Source: an uncultured archaeon
GTDB taxonomy: Archaea; Asgardarchaeota; Lokiarchaeia; Sigyniarchaeales; Promethearchaeaceae
NCBI GenBank assembly: GCA_964426185.1
Contig: CAYRPF010000104.1
Span: 1-8,642, forward strand
Length of the DNA stretch: 8,642 bases
Direction of reading: 5' to 3'
Position 1 is the first letter of the stretch, and every line of letters starts with the position of its first letter. The notes beneath the pieces were generated by a model that saw only the letters and a program-made list of their open reading frames with translations, had not been told where the DNA came from and did not search any database. Positions 8,067 through 8,642 of the stretch are shown here, piece by piece. Both the position numbers and the translations under genes were made by a program.

Positions 8067-8074
8067 TTTTTAAA
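8067..8074 (-). promoter_or_regulatory. Putative TATA box (TTTAAAAA) of the MaoC operon
   Basis: Lies about 43 nt upstream of ATG 8024, leaving room for a short leader containing the SD. Confidence 0.4.
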
Positions 8075-8195
8075 TATTACCATCCGAAATTTCAAAAATT
8101 TGAGAGGGGGGAAATTCCCAAGGTAACTGAATTTAAATGCGGCATTGCATTATGAGAACACATTGCTATAATATATTCAGAAAGCTTTGGTTATC

Positions 8196-8642
8196 ATGAA
8201 ACAATTTCCCATATTAGAACGAACCCCTATCTATCGGAGTTTATCAAATGTAGGTAAACGGATTTTTCAACCCAATGGGATTTTTTATTGGGCAAATCGA
8301 GCTAAAACAGAAGGAGATTATAATGCGACGATTGGAAGTGCCTATGGTGTAGAAAATCACATGATTACTGGAGGAAGGGATAAGCTAATTGTTTATTCTA
8401 TGCCCGGCTTGCAAAAATATTTAAATATCGAGCCAGAAAGAGTTGCTGCATATGCTCCAGTTTCAGGAGTAAAAGCATTTCGGGATTTATGGGAAGCATG
8501 GATACTAAAAAAAGGAGAAATGGCGCGTAATATGCCATATCCTTTAATTCCGCTGCACAATAAGATTACTAAACCTCAAATTTGTAATGGAATTACAAAT
8601 GCAATTTTTTTGACCAGTCGAATGTTCCTAAATACAGGAGAG
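8196..8642 (+). CDS. PLP-dependent aminotransferase class I/II, 3'-truncated (absent from the ORF track)
   Basis: Manual translation gives MKQFPILERTPIYRSLSNVGKRIFQPNGIFYWANRAKTEGDYNATIGSAY...AYAPVSGVKAFRDLW...ICNGITNAIFLTSRMFLNTGE, with no stop in 149 codons. NATIG and YAP-G-R motifs are typical of the family N-terminus. Confidence 0.85.
   Translation, partial: MKQFPILERTPIYRSLSNVGKRIFQPNGIFYWANRAKTEGDYNATIGSAYGVENHMITGGRDKLIVYSMPGLQKYLNIEPERVAAYAPVSGVKAFRDLWEAWILKKGEMARNMPYPLIPLHNKITKPQICNGITNAIFLTSRMFLNTGE

Overview
AT-rich prokaryotic window, most likely archaeal and plausibly Asgard (Lokiarchaeia-like). This is an inference from the archaeal-type PGK, TATA/BRE-like promoters, GGAG/GAGGT Shine-Dalgarno motifs, oligo-T tracts after genes and the mix of bacterial-type metabolic genes. 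Left to right: the 3' end of a QueG/reductive-dehalogenase-like 2x[4Fe-4S] protein (+); a small helical hypothetical protein (-); a NifU/NfuA-C domain protein (-); pgk and gap (-), where an archaeal-type PGK sits next to a bacterial/eukaryote-type class I GAPDH; an orphan ~7-TM membrane protein gene (+) bracketed by a degenerate ~130-bp direct repeat; an AAA_14/DUF4143 ATPase (+) with a 32-bp tandem repeat abutting its TATA box; a relatively GC-rich, foldable intergenic stretch that also holds an SD-preceded 26-codon ORF; a HadA/HadB-like MaoC dehydratase pair (-); and the 5' part of a class I/II aminotransferase (+) that the ORF track missed. The most notable items are the repeat-bounded accessory block (3875-6960) between housekeeping genes, the candidate structured RNA/sORF at ~6790-6950, and the chimeric gap-pgk pair.
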